A DNA stretch of 64,000 nt from Octopus bimaculoides (Eukaryota). The stretch lies in NCBI RefSeq assembly GCF_001194135.2, contig NC_068982.1, positions 92,372,530-92,436,529 on the forward strand, read 5' to 3'. The notes beneath the pieces are model-generated. The model worked only from the letters and a program-made list of their open reading frames with translations, made no database searches and was not told where the DNA came from. Position 1 is the stretch's first letter. Each line of letters starts with the position of its first letter. Below, in pieces: positions 24,144 to 36,616 of this stretch. The position numbers were made by a program, and so were the translations under genes.

Positions 24144-24485
24144 TCTTCGAGAAGCTGTGATACTGAATTTTTATTTTATTCCATCACCCAGCGTTCTCCG
24201 TATTTAATATATTTTGATATTTCCTGTTGTTCAGCTGTTATCATCCGAAATACTTAAAACATGTCTTTTTTTTTTCTAAACCCCACCACACCGACAACCA
24301 TTCGCAATAAGTGTTGTTAAAATTGTACTATTGAGCCATTTGAGTTTTCTATCGAAATTAATTTTGACACTGACTCACATTCCATATAATTATATTCTCA
24401 TTACTTTCTATTCAGCCACATGTTTTTCGGTAACCCCCACGCAAATTTAGTGCCGTTGAATGAAACTAGGCTTATTTGTGTATGC

Positions 24486-24539
<54 letters not shown>

Positions 24540-25024
24540 CAGCATAATCGTAACAGTACTTTTTTGTGTGTCTGTGTGTAAGCGATACATTGATAGATAA
24601 TGTTTACACGCTCAATTATGATTATGCTGTACAATATATGTATATATATATGTGGTGAAGCAACTGTTGCTGACTCCTTAATTATGTTTATATATGATAG
24701 ATAGATAGATATGTTTACACACTCAATTATGATTATGCTGTACAATATATATATATATATATATATATATAGGCGCAGTTATACACTGACACCGTCATAT
24801 AAGTGTTTGTGTATATGTATACATACGTGTTAGCCTATATATAATTGTGTCATTCTTTCGATATAGATAGATAAAATATCTATATCGAAAGAATATATAT
24901 ATGTATATAACGTTCACTTTCCCTTCCTTGCATAGTTCAAACGGGATTTGTTGAGGTAGATTTTCTATAGCTGGATGTTCTCTCTGTTGCCTACCGTGTA
25001 TATATATATATATATATATATATA

Positions 25025-25319
25025 GCGAGGTCGTTGCCAGTGCCGCTGGACTGGCTCCCGTGCAGGTGGCACGTAAAAAACACCTTTTGAGCGAGGCCGT
25101 TGCCAGTACCATGTCACTGGCCCTCGTGCCGGTGGCACATAAGAGCAGCAACTACACTCTCAGAGTGGTTGGCGTTAGGAAGGGCATCCAGCTGTAGAAA
25201 CTCTGACAGATCAGATTAGAGCCTGGTGCAGCCTTCTGGCTTGCCAGTCCTCAGTCAAATCGTCCAACCCATGCTAGCTTGGAAAGCAGACCTTAAATGA
25301 CGATAATGACGATGATGAT
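25025..25319 (+). mobile_element. RTE 3' UTR/tail fragment
   Basis: Two ~60-bp gaggtcgttgccagt...gtggcacgtaaa units, ggaagggcatccagctgtagaaac, ccaacccatgctagc, (GAT)n end; homologous to 4391-4577 in reverse. Confidence 0.8.
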
Positions 25320-25322
25320 ATA

Positions 25323-25954
25323 CTAGCAGATGTTCCCGGCGTTGCCCGTGCTACATGCAATGGAAGAATTTGACTTTTCTGTTATATTTTCTCTAATGAA
25401 CTGCAATACCTATGATTCGAATTTCATAAAAATTGCAGATGAGGGTTCTTTCCCTCTTTACACATCGTAAAAATATTTTAATCATGACACATGTACTCCA
25501 TACTAGTGATTTTTATGTACAGATTCCAAAATCCAGTCTTATGGAACCTGTTAAAAGAATTTTGCTCCTGAGAAATGGAGGTCATGGAGCTCTAAAGTGT
25601 GGGAGTTAAGGTCCCTATTGGGGGTGGGTGTCTTAATGTCAAACAGAGAAGTTGAATTCTTGAGAATCTTTTTGACTTGGGTGTTATATCTATATGTATG
25701 TATATATATATGTTTATATATGTGTATTTATATATATATATATATATATGTATGTTCATATATGTGTATTTATATATATATATATATGTGTATATATGTT
25801 TATGTATATATATGTCTGTATATATATATATATATGTATATATATATGTATATANNNNNNNNNNNNNNNNNNNNNNNNNNNNNNNNNNNNNNNNNNNNNN
25901 NNNNNNNNNNNNNNNNNNNNNNNNNNNNNNNNNNNNNNNNNNNNNNNNNNNNNN

Positions 25955-25989
<35 letters not shown>

Positions 25990-25996
25990 ATATAGA
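25323..25996 (-). mobile_element. non-autonomous Helitron-like element with microsatellite
   Basis: Minus 3' end gcacgggcaacgccgggaacatctgCTAG|T; probable TC 5' end at 25996-25995 after the (AT)n tract, which contains a gap. Confidence 0.55.
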
Positions 25997-26049
25997 TTGG
26001 TGTTGTGGTGGGAGTAGGTAAATTCCAAGTCTTGTGAGAGCTGAATAAG

Positions 26050-26230
26050 TTTATGAGAGTCCCAAAAATTTCAGAAGCCTCATTGTTATAGGATTCCATC
26101 AATTTGGTGATATTGCTAGTGTTACCTGCACCATAATTGACATGTGATGTGTTGTTGCCCTTTTTGAACAAAGGAATAATGCTGAGTTTTCCACTGTTCT
26201 GGAGTAATAATGTTTTAAGGTAGAATGGAA
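26050..26230 (-). mobile_element. CR1/Jockey-type RT N-terminal relic
   Basis: IIPLFKKG...VNY...KLMES motif. Confidence 0.5.
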
Positions 26231-26284
26231 AGCGGGGAAAAAATTTAATGCAATAGAAAGAGCCTGTCATGTCTAAGAAATAGT

Positions 26285-26385
26285 TTTAATGAGGAGCTTT
26301 GTATATTGCCAATTATGGACAGGGACATCGAGAAATTGGTGAAAGGATGTAGAGGTTGTGCATTGGCAACAAAAGCACCACCAGT
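26285..26385 (+). repeat. 101-bp copy of Gypsy integrase zinc-domain segment
   Basis: About 96/101 identical to 32755-32855 (MDRDIEKLVK.CRGCAL). Confidence 0.9.
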
Positions 26386-26439
26386 AACATCTTCGAGATC
26401 AGGGGAAGCATAGTTGTTTATATACTTGAAGTGACATCA

Positions 26440-27760
26440 CAACATTGTAGGATTAAATTCAACAGGTATAATGAAATTTGGTGTCATTAGCAGTGAAGAG
26501 GGTACATTTGAATTTTCCACAGTAAAAATGCCAGTAAAAATAACATTCAGCACTAAGTTATGTGTACTCTTTGTGGTGATCAGTAATCCGATCTGTATGG
26601 AGATTGTGAAGAGGGCTGACTGGTTAATGAGGCCTGTTTCAAATGCTCATATTTCCAAAACACTTTACTATCTGGGCTGATGATTGTTATGCATTGTTCA
26701 AATTTAATTACTGCTTTTTAGTTATCTCCTTGATATAGCTACACACTCTGTTGTGCCTTCTATTATCCTTTGTTCTAAGTAATCTGTATTTACATTGAGT
26801 GTCCTTTTGTTCTTTCCTTGCAAAGCAGATTGCTGCAGTCTTCTAACTACACTTTTTAAGGTTTCTAACATGTATATGTGGTACTGATACATAGATGGTT
26901 GTTTTAATCTAATACCACTTCTGTTACATATAACACATTCTTATTTAGTTGGGTGTCTATTCACAACACCAGTGAATGTTTATACAGTGTTCTCCTATAT
27001 ATGAATAGACACAAATTTCATCTAAGCATCTGCTTATTGACAACATCCAACAAAGTAGGAATGCATCTGGCAGTCTCAAGCCACTGCTGGGATGATTTTC
27101 ATCTCCCACTGACATGCTGTGTTTTTAAATGCAGAGATATCTCCATACAAATGTCACAGTAAATTTGCCTTTCAGTGGTGTATTCACATTATGTATGATA
27201 CATAGATGGTTATTTTAATCTAATGTCTTTTTCTGATGTGGCTGGCTCCAAAGGAAGTTATTTAGGAAGCATAGCTATCTGTTCTGCAAGAAATGTCTTG
27301 GAAGTAAGAGAAAGAATCTGTCTTAGGCTTCTGGTGAATCAAGAAGGTTGAGTGACTTTTTTTTTATTGGAACTTCACATGGCAAGCATCTCTTGCTTTC
27401 ATTTCTTGGTCACAAATTCTGGACACAATGCCAATTGAAATCATTTTTTCAGAAGCTTAGTCATATCCAGGATCAAAATTGAAGGCACTTCTTTTGCACT
27501 GGTCATTTGAAAGATCAAATCATTCTCTGTCTTGCTCTTTGAGCTTTTTGTCAAGCCTGGTGCATTTTGGACTTTCATGTTGTCTCTTTGACAACATTCA
27601 GTCGAAAGTGAGCTTGCCATTTATCAGTTGTCTATTCACTGCCTGTCTGACTGTTGGATAGCATTCTATTCACAGTCAGCCTCATGTTCATTGTTTATCT
27701 TGAATCTTCTGTGAGCTGCATTCCTGGCAGCATCAACTTGCAGTAGTGGAAATCAATTTT
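26440..27760 (-). mobile_element. heavily deleted Helitron RepHel relic
   Basis: Broken frames SAFNFDPGYD..SEKMISIG.VSRIC, ITSFGA and GLLITTK..NLV...IFTG...VP...P..IPVEF resemble RepHel N-terminal and PIF1 helicase C-terminal motifs. Confidence 0.5.
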
Positions 27761-27846
27761 TCAGGAGGTGTTAATATTAAAGATAAGTAGGAAACAAGAC
27801 ATTTACTCCAAAATAACAAGAAATCCTACAGATACTCCATCTAGAC

Positions 27847-28185
27847 CAGGGGTTTTCAACCGGGGTCCATATGGATCTTGTGGGTTCATATAAAATTTTT
27901 GGTTGTCCACGTATGCAATATCGTAAACTGGTGGTGGTGGGGGTCTACAATTATTTTTCAGGAGTCATGAAAAAATTGTGCTCATACCAATAAAGTTTGT
28001 GTGCAATAAATTGATTATCCCTCCACATTACACAAAATATTTTAGCAATTTTTATACAATTCCCAGTAATATTTAATTATAAAAATACAATAAAATTTTC
28101 TAAACATTGAATGACTATGGGGGTCCACCCAAGTAAAAAAGGAATTAAAGGGGTCCACAGGTAAAAAAATGGTTGAGAACCCCTG
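27847..28185. mobile_element. hAT MITE
   Basis: TIRs CAGGGGTTTTCAACC / GGTTGAGAACCCCTG; perfect 8-bp TSD ATCTAGAC (27839-27846 / 28186-28193). Confidence 0.9.
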
Positions 28186-29748
28186 ATCTAGACTATAGCT
28201 TTAGATTTATATCTTTAATTATTGGGTTACTTTACTAATTGCCTTAGTCTTGAAACTGTGTTTCACAAAATCAGAAATGATATATGATTAGGAAATTACA
28301 TTTACAAGCCAATTACAAGTCTGTAAAACATTTCAAAAGTTTGGCCTGTATGGGCACATATGCACATGTGTTGACAACCAAACATATGTACACAAATGTT
28401 AAATCAAGACATGCAGATCCATAATGCAATGTGTTGTGATGAGTTACGATGACCCCCTGTGAGAGATAGACTGGTCTGAGTAAAGTATAAATAGTAATGA
28501 CCCGAGTGAGTTCAGAGTTTGGAGTCGAGTGAAGTGTATGTTAGTTTGCAGTGAAGTAGAAAGGTGCCGGTTGGTTAGTTCACTAGGAATATTGATTGTT
28601 AGTTCGTAAAGAGATTTGTTAGTTTGTTACATTGTTTTTACTGTTGTCTGGTTATCTTATTTATTGTACATAACAAATATGTTACAACCTCTGGTGACGA
28701 GGGTTTCAGAGCTCATGTAGGTTATTTAACATTTTGTTTGTGATACTTGTTAAATAATAGAAGACCTATTAACTTCCATAGTACAGTTGCAAAAGCAACA
28801 ACAAGAGCAGCAACAGGAGTTGCAGAAGCAACTATTACAGTGACAACTGCAACAACAATTATTAGAGCTATATTCAAAGAAGTCCAAAAATGAGGTAAGT
28901 TCATTTTCGCCAGACGGTGTTTCAAACTTGATTAATGACTTCAGTTATAACCCAGAGGAGGGTACAACTTTTGCATTGTACTACAGAAGGTATGAGGAGA
29001 TTTTTAAACAAGATTGCAAATCATGGTTGGATGAACAAAAACTGAGATTGTTATTGGGAAAATTGGCTCCATTAGAGCATGAACGTTACTGTAATTTCAC
29101 AGTGCCCAAAAAACCCAATGAAATTTGTTTTAAAGAAACAATGGAATTACTGTCTAACATATTTGGTGATAAAACTCCTCTATTTAACACTCAAATGGAG
29201 TGTTGGAATATAACGGTAAAAAAGAATGATTATTTTATCACATATGCAGGAATACTCAACAGAATGTGCAAAAGTTTTAAACTCAAAGAACTTGCACATG
29301 AGATGTTGAAGTGTCTTATTCTCATAAAAAACCTCACAGCAAGTGAAGATAGAGAAATTAAGGCAAGAATTCTTTCTAAATTGTAACAAGCAAACCAAGG
29401 TCTAACCTTACAGTCCGTGGCAGAAGAATGCCAAAGGTTGGTAAACCTGAAACACAATATAGAAAAAATTCAAGAAAAGGATTCCTAAAAAATACAGATA
29501 TGCTGACCGGAAAAGTGCAACCAAAAAAGAGCACCTTGTCTTAATCCATGTTATGAGTGTGGGGGACATACATGTCAGAAAAGACTGTCTATTGAAAAAT
29601 CAAAGTTGTTACAGTTGCAAAAGAATTGATCACAAGAGTTCACACTCCAGAAGAAAATTGCGAAGGTCAGATATTAAAAATCCTAGTGTGCTCTCAGCAA
29701 AAACAAAAATTGACTCCCAAATAAAAAAAAATTTGTACACATTTGTAC

Positions 29749-30948
29749 AGGCGCAGGAGTGGCTGTGTGGTAAGTAGCTTGCTTACCAACCACATGGTTC
29801 CGGGTTCATTCCCACTGCATGGCACCTTGGGCAAGTGTCCTCTACTACAGCCTCGGGCTGACCAAAGCCTTGTGAGTGGATTTGGTAGACGGAAACTGAA
29901 AGAAACCTGTTGTATATATGTATATATATATATATATATAACGTGAGAGAGTTAGGGGTTGGGGGGTACAACCCACTAAGGGATAGTATCTATCCAGTAT
30001 ACTGCTGGGAGGGTACCCAATTATTGCTACACTAGTGCTATACTNNNNNNNNNNNNNNNNNNNNNNNNNNNNNNNNNNNNNNNNNNNNNNNNNNNNNNNN
30101 NNNNNNNNNNNNNNNNNNNNNNNNNNNNNNNNNNNNNNNNNNNNNNNNNNNNNNNNNNNNNNNNNNNNNNNNNNNNNNNNNNNNNNNNNNNNNNNNNNNN
30201 NNNNNNNNNNNNNNNNNNNNNNNNNNNNNNNNNNNNNNNNNNNNNNNNNNNNNNNNNNNNNNNNNNNNNNNNNNNNNNNNNNNNNNNNNNNNNNNNNNNN
30301 NNNNNNNNNNNNNNNNNNNNNNNNNNNNNNNNNNNNNNNNNNNNNNNNNNNNNNNNNNNNNNNNNNNNNNNNNNNNNNNNNNNNNNNNNNNNCATGGACA
30401 CCTGTGCTTTGGTTCTTTCTTTTTTCTTTTCTTCCTTTTTTGTCACTTTTGCTATGAATTAAATTAATGAATTCAACGGGATACACCGTCTGCAAGTAGT
30501 TGGGTTCAGCATATTATCCTCCATTTTCTAATTATGACCGTTGACTGAACACTATTCAATTTTTTTTCTCCGTGTTTTTCTCCTTGTCTCCGTATTCTTT
30601 CTGTTGAAGAGCGTAGCTCGAAACGTCAAAGACTTTCCGTATTCCCGAGCGTCATACTAATATATACTTTTGTTATTTACACCACCTGTCCTCGTCTGTT
30701 GTTATTATTTTATATATTCTCCCATATATATATATATGTTTGTGTGTCTGTGTTTGTCCCCCCCCAACATCGCTTGACAACCGATGGTGGTGTGTTTATG
30801 TCCCCGTAACTTAGCGGTTCAGCAAAAGAGACAGATAGAATGAGTACTAGGCTTCCAAAGAATAAGTCCTGGGGTCGATTTGCTCAACTAAAGGCGGTGC
30901 TCCAGCATGGCCGCAGTCAAATGACTGAAACAAGTAAGAGTAAAGAGA
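29749..30948 (+). mobile_element. SINE family A split by a PLE-type insertion, inside Gypsy gag-pro
   Basis: Head 29749-29940, tail 30730-30948; intervening sequence and gap are inserted in the central (AT)n. Confidence 0.75.
30413..30725 (+). mobile_element. PLE-type terminal repeat
   Basis: Homologous to 9345-9520; contains ctgttgaagagcgtagctcgaaacgtc, a hammerhead-like variant. Confidence 0.55.
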
Positions 30949-31522
30949 TAAAACTAAATACAATACATATTAAATTTCAATTAGATACTGGAAGTGATAT
31001 TTCAGTAATAGATATGGACACATGGAAGAAAATAAGGAAACCTAAGTTGAGAAAAACAGTGAAATCTGCTTGTAGGGTGACAGGTGACAAATTACATTTC
31101 ATAGGTGAAATGTGTGACTAATGTCACATTTCAAGGGAAAACATGCGAGGCAAGTCTTTGTTGTTAAAAATGCAACCGATCTGTTTGGTACCAATTGGTT
31201 AAAATTATTCGATTTATGGGACCTCCCCATAAGTCTCTACTGTAAAAATGTAAATGGCTGTCCCTCTAAAAATAATTTGTCTGAAGATTTAAAGAGAAAA
31301 TTTAAAAAAATGTTTCTACAAGTTCTTTCGGACAAACTAGGTCTATGTACAAAGACTGAAGCATGTTTTGAATTAGATGATGATGTTACACCTGTGTTCA
31401 AACCTAATAGGAAAGTGCTTTTTGTGGCAATAAAGTAAGTGGACGATGAGTTGGACAGATGTGAAAAAAAAAACGGAATCATTGAAAAAGTGGATTATGT
31501 GAAATGGGCTGCTTTGACTGTA

Positions 31523-31906
31523 TTCTTTATTCCTTAATTTGTTTCAGTCATTTGCTAGAGCACTGCCTTTAGTCAAACAAATTGACCCCAAGACTTATTC
31601 TTTGTAAGCCTAGTACTTATTCTATAGGTCTCTTTTGCCAAATCGTTATGTTATGGGGATGGAAACACCAACATTGGTTGTCAAGCAATGGTGGAGGAAA
31701 AACACAGACACACAAACATATGCACACATACATACACATATATATACACAATGGGCTTCTTTCAGTTTCTGTCTACCAAATCCACTCACAAGGCTTTAGT
31801 TGGCCTGAGGCTATAGTAGAAGACACTTGCCCAAAGTGCCACGCAGTGCGACTGAACATGGAACCATGTAGTTGGTAAGCAAGCTACTTACCACACAGTC
31901 ACTCCT
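31523..31906 (-). mobile_element. SINE family A copy inside Gypsy RT
   Basis: Homologous to 17235-17648; the RT frame resumes KKKNNKIRLC after it. Confidence 0.85.
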
Positions 31907-34900
31907 AAAAAAGAAAAATAACAAAATTAGGTTGTGTATCAATTTTTCAACCAGTTTAAATGACTGTTTAAAGATGAACCATTATCCACTATTGACCCCA
32001 GAAGATATTTTTACAAAACTAAATGGAGGAAAAATAATTTAAAGCTCAATCTCTCTGACGTATATCTACAAATCAAAATATATAAAAAATACTCAAAGCT
32101 GTTAATGTTCAACATGCACAGAGGTCTATACAAATACAATAGATTACCTTTTGGACTGAAGGTAGCACCTACAATATTTCAACAGTTGATGGACACGATG
32201 TTGGTAGACTGTCAGTTTGCTATTCCTTACCTTGATGACATGTTAATCAAAAGCAAATCACAGAATGAGCATATTGAACACTGTGTGTCTTTAAAAAAAT
32301 TAAGGGGTTGCCTACCTATACAGCAAACCGACTACAACACTGGGGTACAATATTGCTGAACTACAATTTTAAGATGCAGTATATTCCATCAAAGAAAATT
32401 GGTCATGAAGACTTTATTGAGGCTAATTTCCAAGAGTGTGGAACTGATAGAAGAGACTGTGATAATGTCATTACAGCCAGAAAATGAAGTAAGAAGTATT
32501 GTGTACAATATAATCCAGGAACTGTCAGTGACAGCACATGGTATAAAAATGAAATCATAGAGGATAGTTACATTACAAGAAAGAAAGAAACCTTGAAAAA
32601 TAAGCATAATAAATAAAAATACAAATTTAAATAATTTCTCACTATGCAACAATGTCTTAATGTACATGCAAAGAGTAGTAGTACCAAGTGCAGTACAGAA
32701 ACGAGTATTGCAACAATTTCACTGTGGGCACCCAGAAATGTCCAGAATGAAAGCTTTAATGAGGAGCTTTGTATATTGCCAACTATGGACAGGGACATCG
32801 AGAAATTGGTGAAAGCATGTAGAGGTTGTGCATTGGTAACCAAAGCAGCACCAGTTAAATACCAATCATGGCTGGAGACTGAGAGTCCAGGATACATATT
32901 ATGTTGGACCAGTGAATGGTGCATACTATCTAATCGTTGTGGATAGCTATACAAAGTGGGCAGAGGTATGCAGATGTAATAAACCCACAGCAAAGACAAC
33001 AATAAAGTTCCTACTCGAGTTATTTGCTTGATATGGTGTTGCTGACATGTTAGTTTCAGATAATGGAACACAATTCATGGGTTATGAATTAAATTTCTGC
33101 AAAATATATGCCATAAAGCACATCATTACACTGCCCTACCACCCAAGGTCAAATGGGCAGGCAGAGAGATTTGTTGACACATTCAAAAGAGCTCTAAGAA
33201 AAGCTAGGAACGAGCTAGATAATGACAAGGCATTATCGAAATTTCTGACAGTATATAGAATAACACCAAATCTAAATATTAATTCAGGAAAGTCACCAAC
33301 AGAGTTAACGTTTATGTGTAAAATAAAATTGATGATCTTGTCAGGAAAAAATACATTTGAAGGAAATGCAAGAAACATTACAAAACATTTTGAGGTAGGA
33401 GATAAAGTTCATTTTAAAAATTACAAAAATGGTAAAGAAGGTTGGGAGGATGGCTGTGTAATCAAAAGATTAGGTAACATGATGTATTTAATTAAAGGAC
33501 AATGTTTGGAACATAAGAGACACCTTAACCAGTTAAATACGAGACATACAGAAGTAAGAAAGGTAATACCAATGGAAGTCTTCTATGATATGTTTGAAGT
33601 GCTAGCACCGAGAGATATTGAACCCCGTAGAACTAGCTTCAGAAAATGAAAACAGACTGAATATCTGGAAGTAATACCTAAACGAAAATATTAAATTTTC
33701 AAAAAAAAAAACAAGAGTGCTTAGTACAATGAAAAGAAAAAGTGGTGTGTACAACAAACAATACTACCTTAAAAGTCAGGCAATAATTAAGATACAACAG
33801 TTAAGAAAAAAAAAGAGGGAGAGGTGCTGGAAAGAAAGAAAAAATAAAAGAAATTCCACTTTCTCACAGTAGTTGAAAAGAGATGTTGTGATGAGAGTTA
33901 CGATACCCCTTTGCCAGAGATAGACTGGTCCAAGTAAAGTATAAATAGTAACAGTCTGAGTGAGTTCATAAGTTCAAGTTTGGAGTCGAGTGAAGTCAGA
34001 AGGTGTTGGTTGGTTAGTTCACAAGGAATATTTATTGTTGGTTTGTAAAGAAATTTGTTAGTTTGTTACATTGTTTTTACTGTAGTCTGGTTATCTTATT
34101 TATTGTATGTAACAAATACATTACAACACAATGACAAGCATTCTTGCATGCATGCATGTGTGCAGATGCATACAATACATGGCTATCTAGTTGATGTTAT
34201 CTCAGTTCCAATGAAAGAGCTTTGGATTAGAAACCAGCTCTTTTTCTATTTGTGAGAAATTAAGCAGAACTAGTTAGATCGTCATCCAAATCTAGCCAGA
34301 TTTGTATTGCAGTAGATTCAATTGACATTATGCTCCTCCCTTTTAAATTAGCTTATTCCAGTATGAAAAATTATTATTATAATTATTAATGGCAGAATCA
34401 ATAGTGAGCTGTACATCATTCTTTGTGATACTTAGTTATGTTTCAGTTCCATTCTGCTAGGTCAATTTTTCCTTTCATTTTTCCAGAATTGATACAATAA
34501 ATTACCAGTCAAGTACTGGGGTTGATTTAATTGAATAACACCTCTATCAAAATATATAAAATATGTGGCCTTGTGTGCCTACATTAGAAATATAAATACT
34601 ATTATAGGTCATGAAGGAGCCTCTACTAGGTTGCTCAGAACAACAGCCAAATCTGTCTCAGATCACACTACTATCTTAAGGAAAGTGTACAGTGAATAAT
34701 GTATTATGTACAATACCTGAAAATAAGATGCAATGGTCATAGACAGAATACCTTTCATCATACATGTTTGATTGGAGCTGACATATGGTTAAAAAACATT
34801 ACAGAAATTTAAGATGAGTTCCCAGTTTCTCTTCTTACTTTTATTTCACTTGAGATAGAGAGCTATGAGTATTTCACAATCTTTCACCACAGAAGGAAAA

Positions 34901-35404
34901 GGAACTATATTTTCATGTTGTTTTTAGTATACAACACTTACACTGTATGTACAAGTATTAACAGTAATAGATTATTATATATTTCTAAAGGATTATGTGA
35001 CTGGCCTGGACATAAGTTCTCAAACTAGAGTCTCCTCACCATTAGAGAAATAGAATAAGTACCAGTAATATAATACTATTGGTTTGCTCTACACTACCTT
35101 GATAATTTGTAATTGTAATGCAGCAAAATTTTTATCATTGAATGAATGAAATCATTTGACCATTTGAAAATTGAAAAAAAAAAAGAAAGCACTAGATCAA
35201 TTCATGTAATTCATGTTGGAATCTGTTCTTACTAAAAGTAGTTAACTTTTTGGTTTGGAAATTCTGTATTTTGTATTAAAAAAAAAGAGTTTGAAACATT
35301 TTTATTTTTAGAAAAAGATTTGTGAGTGGGTTGAAATTATGAAAATATTCTAAATATATGACTAGCTAATTATGTATTTGTGTGTGTGTGTGGGAGGAGG
35401 TGTG

Positions 35405-36571
35405 AATGGGCGTTCAGGATAAATTTGACAATTTTGAAATGCAATATCTCATTCAAAAATAAAAGTATTTAAAAAAATTAAAAAATGTCAATGAGATTAT
35501 GGCTGGGAGATAACAGTTTACTCAAAGTAATGGCTCTCAGCTTACATTACAGTCTCAAGACAACTCCATAATTTGGTGCATGCATTCCTCACTGTGTCCT
35601 TGGGAAGACATTTGAACACCTCCTTGATCTTAGCCACCAGCTTATTATTGGTTTTGCAGACAGAGTAGTTGGTGTCTTTCTCAACTGTGCCCCCACATAT
35701 AATAATTCATAGGATTACAATTGGGGCAAATAGGAGGCCAGAAATTGAGGTTTGTGAAGTCATAGAAATTTTCTGACAACCATTTCTGACCCTTTCTGGT
35801 GGTATGGCAAATCTTGCTGCTGGAAGGCAGCAAGCATCTCCAGTCAGGGTTTGACTATAATCTCTAACAGCTTCACATAGCTGTTGGAATTGAGACTAAG
35901 TCTCTGTTGAATGTGGGGTAACATGACATCATCTGCACTGGAGACTCACCCAAAGACTATCACAGTTTGGGGGAACTTAATTTTCATGGTATATGTGACA
36001 TCACATGGATTATTCTGGGTGTTGTGCAACTGGTCCTGGCAGAAGTTTCTTTTCACCTGAGAACCACTATATCATCCCCAGCTCAGCAGGGTACCTCAGC
36101 TTGTTCACCAGCTTCTTTGTCTTCATCAAGCAATTCATAGCCTTGGCTGTCAGAATTTGTCCCTTGCGCATCTTGTATGAGTGGTAGCAAGGGCCCTCAT
36201 TCAGGATGAGCTTTATGGTGGCAATTCCAACACCCTTCTCTCTTGCCAAAGCCCAGAGTCCCTTACTCAGATCTTCCATTACCTTGTCCTGCAGCTAGCT
36301 GTTCATGTCATGTCTGACAACCTTTACAGTGTTCACAGAGCATTGAGCAGCAGTCATGGTGTAAAGATTTTGATACCTGATGCAAATCATCATGATACAG
36401 GTGACTCTTTTCCAATATTTAGCTTCTAGTCATCCAAATCAACTAACTTTTTCTCAGCTACTTCTTCAATCTTTATTCTCTCTATTGCCATTGACTGTTA
36501 TTGTTTACCAGACATCAAAATGTTCCTGAAAAAAAGGAGACAAAAAATCTTGTCCAATTAAACCAGAACAC

Positions 36572-36575
<4 letters not shown>
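35405..36575 (-). mobile_element. decayed maT-like mariner element
   Basis: Broken frames HSYKMRKGQILTAKA, NFCQDQLHNTQNN, KFPQTVIVFG.VSS, QQQD, NFWPPICPNCNPMNYYMWGTVEK; degenerate TIRs. Confidence 0.75.

Positions 36576-36616
<41 letters not shown>

Larger units (their letters stand above)
28432..34128 (+). mobile_element. decayed full-length Ty3/Gypsy provirus
   Basis: LTRs 28432-28689 and 33884-34128, TSD CAATG, PBS-like tggtgacgagg. Gag relic FSYNPEEGTTF..YYRRYE, protease FQLDTGSD, RT LPFGLKVAPTIFQ..YLDD, integrase VSDNGTQF..YHPRSNGQAERFV; many stops and frameshifts. Confidence 0.92.

Noticed and set aside
4454-30495. Long ORFs containing X runs (near 4.5, 9.9-10.8, 15.9, 25.6-26.3 and 29.8-30.5 kb)
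   Set aside because: They are open only because they cross N gaps.
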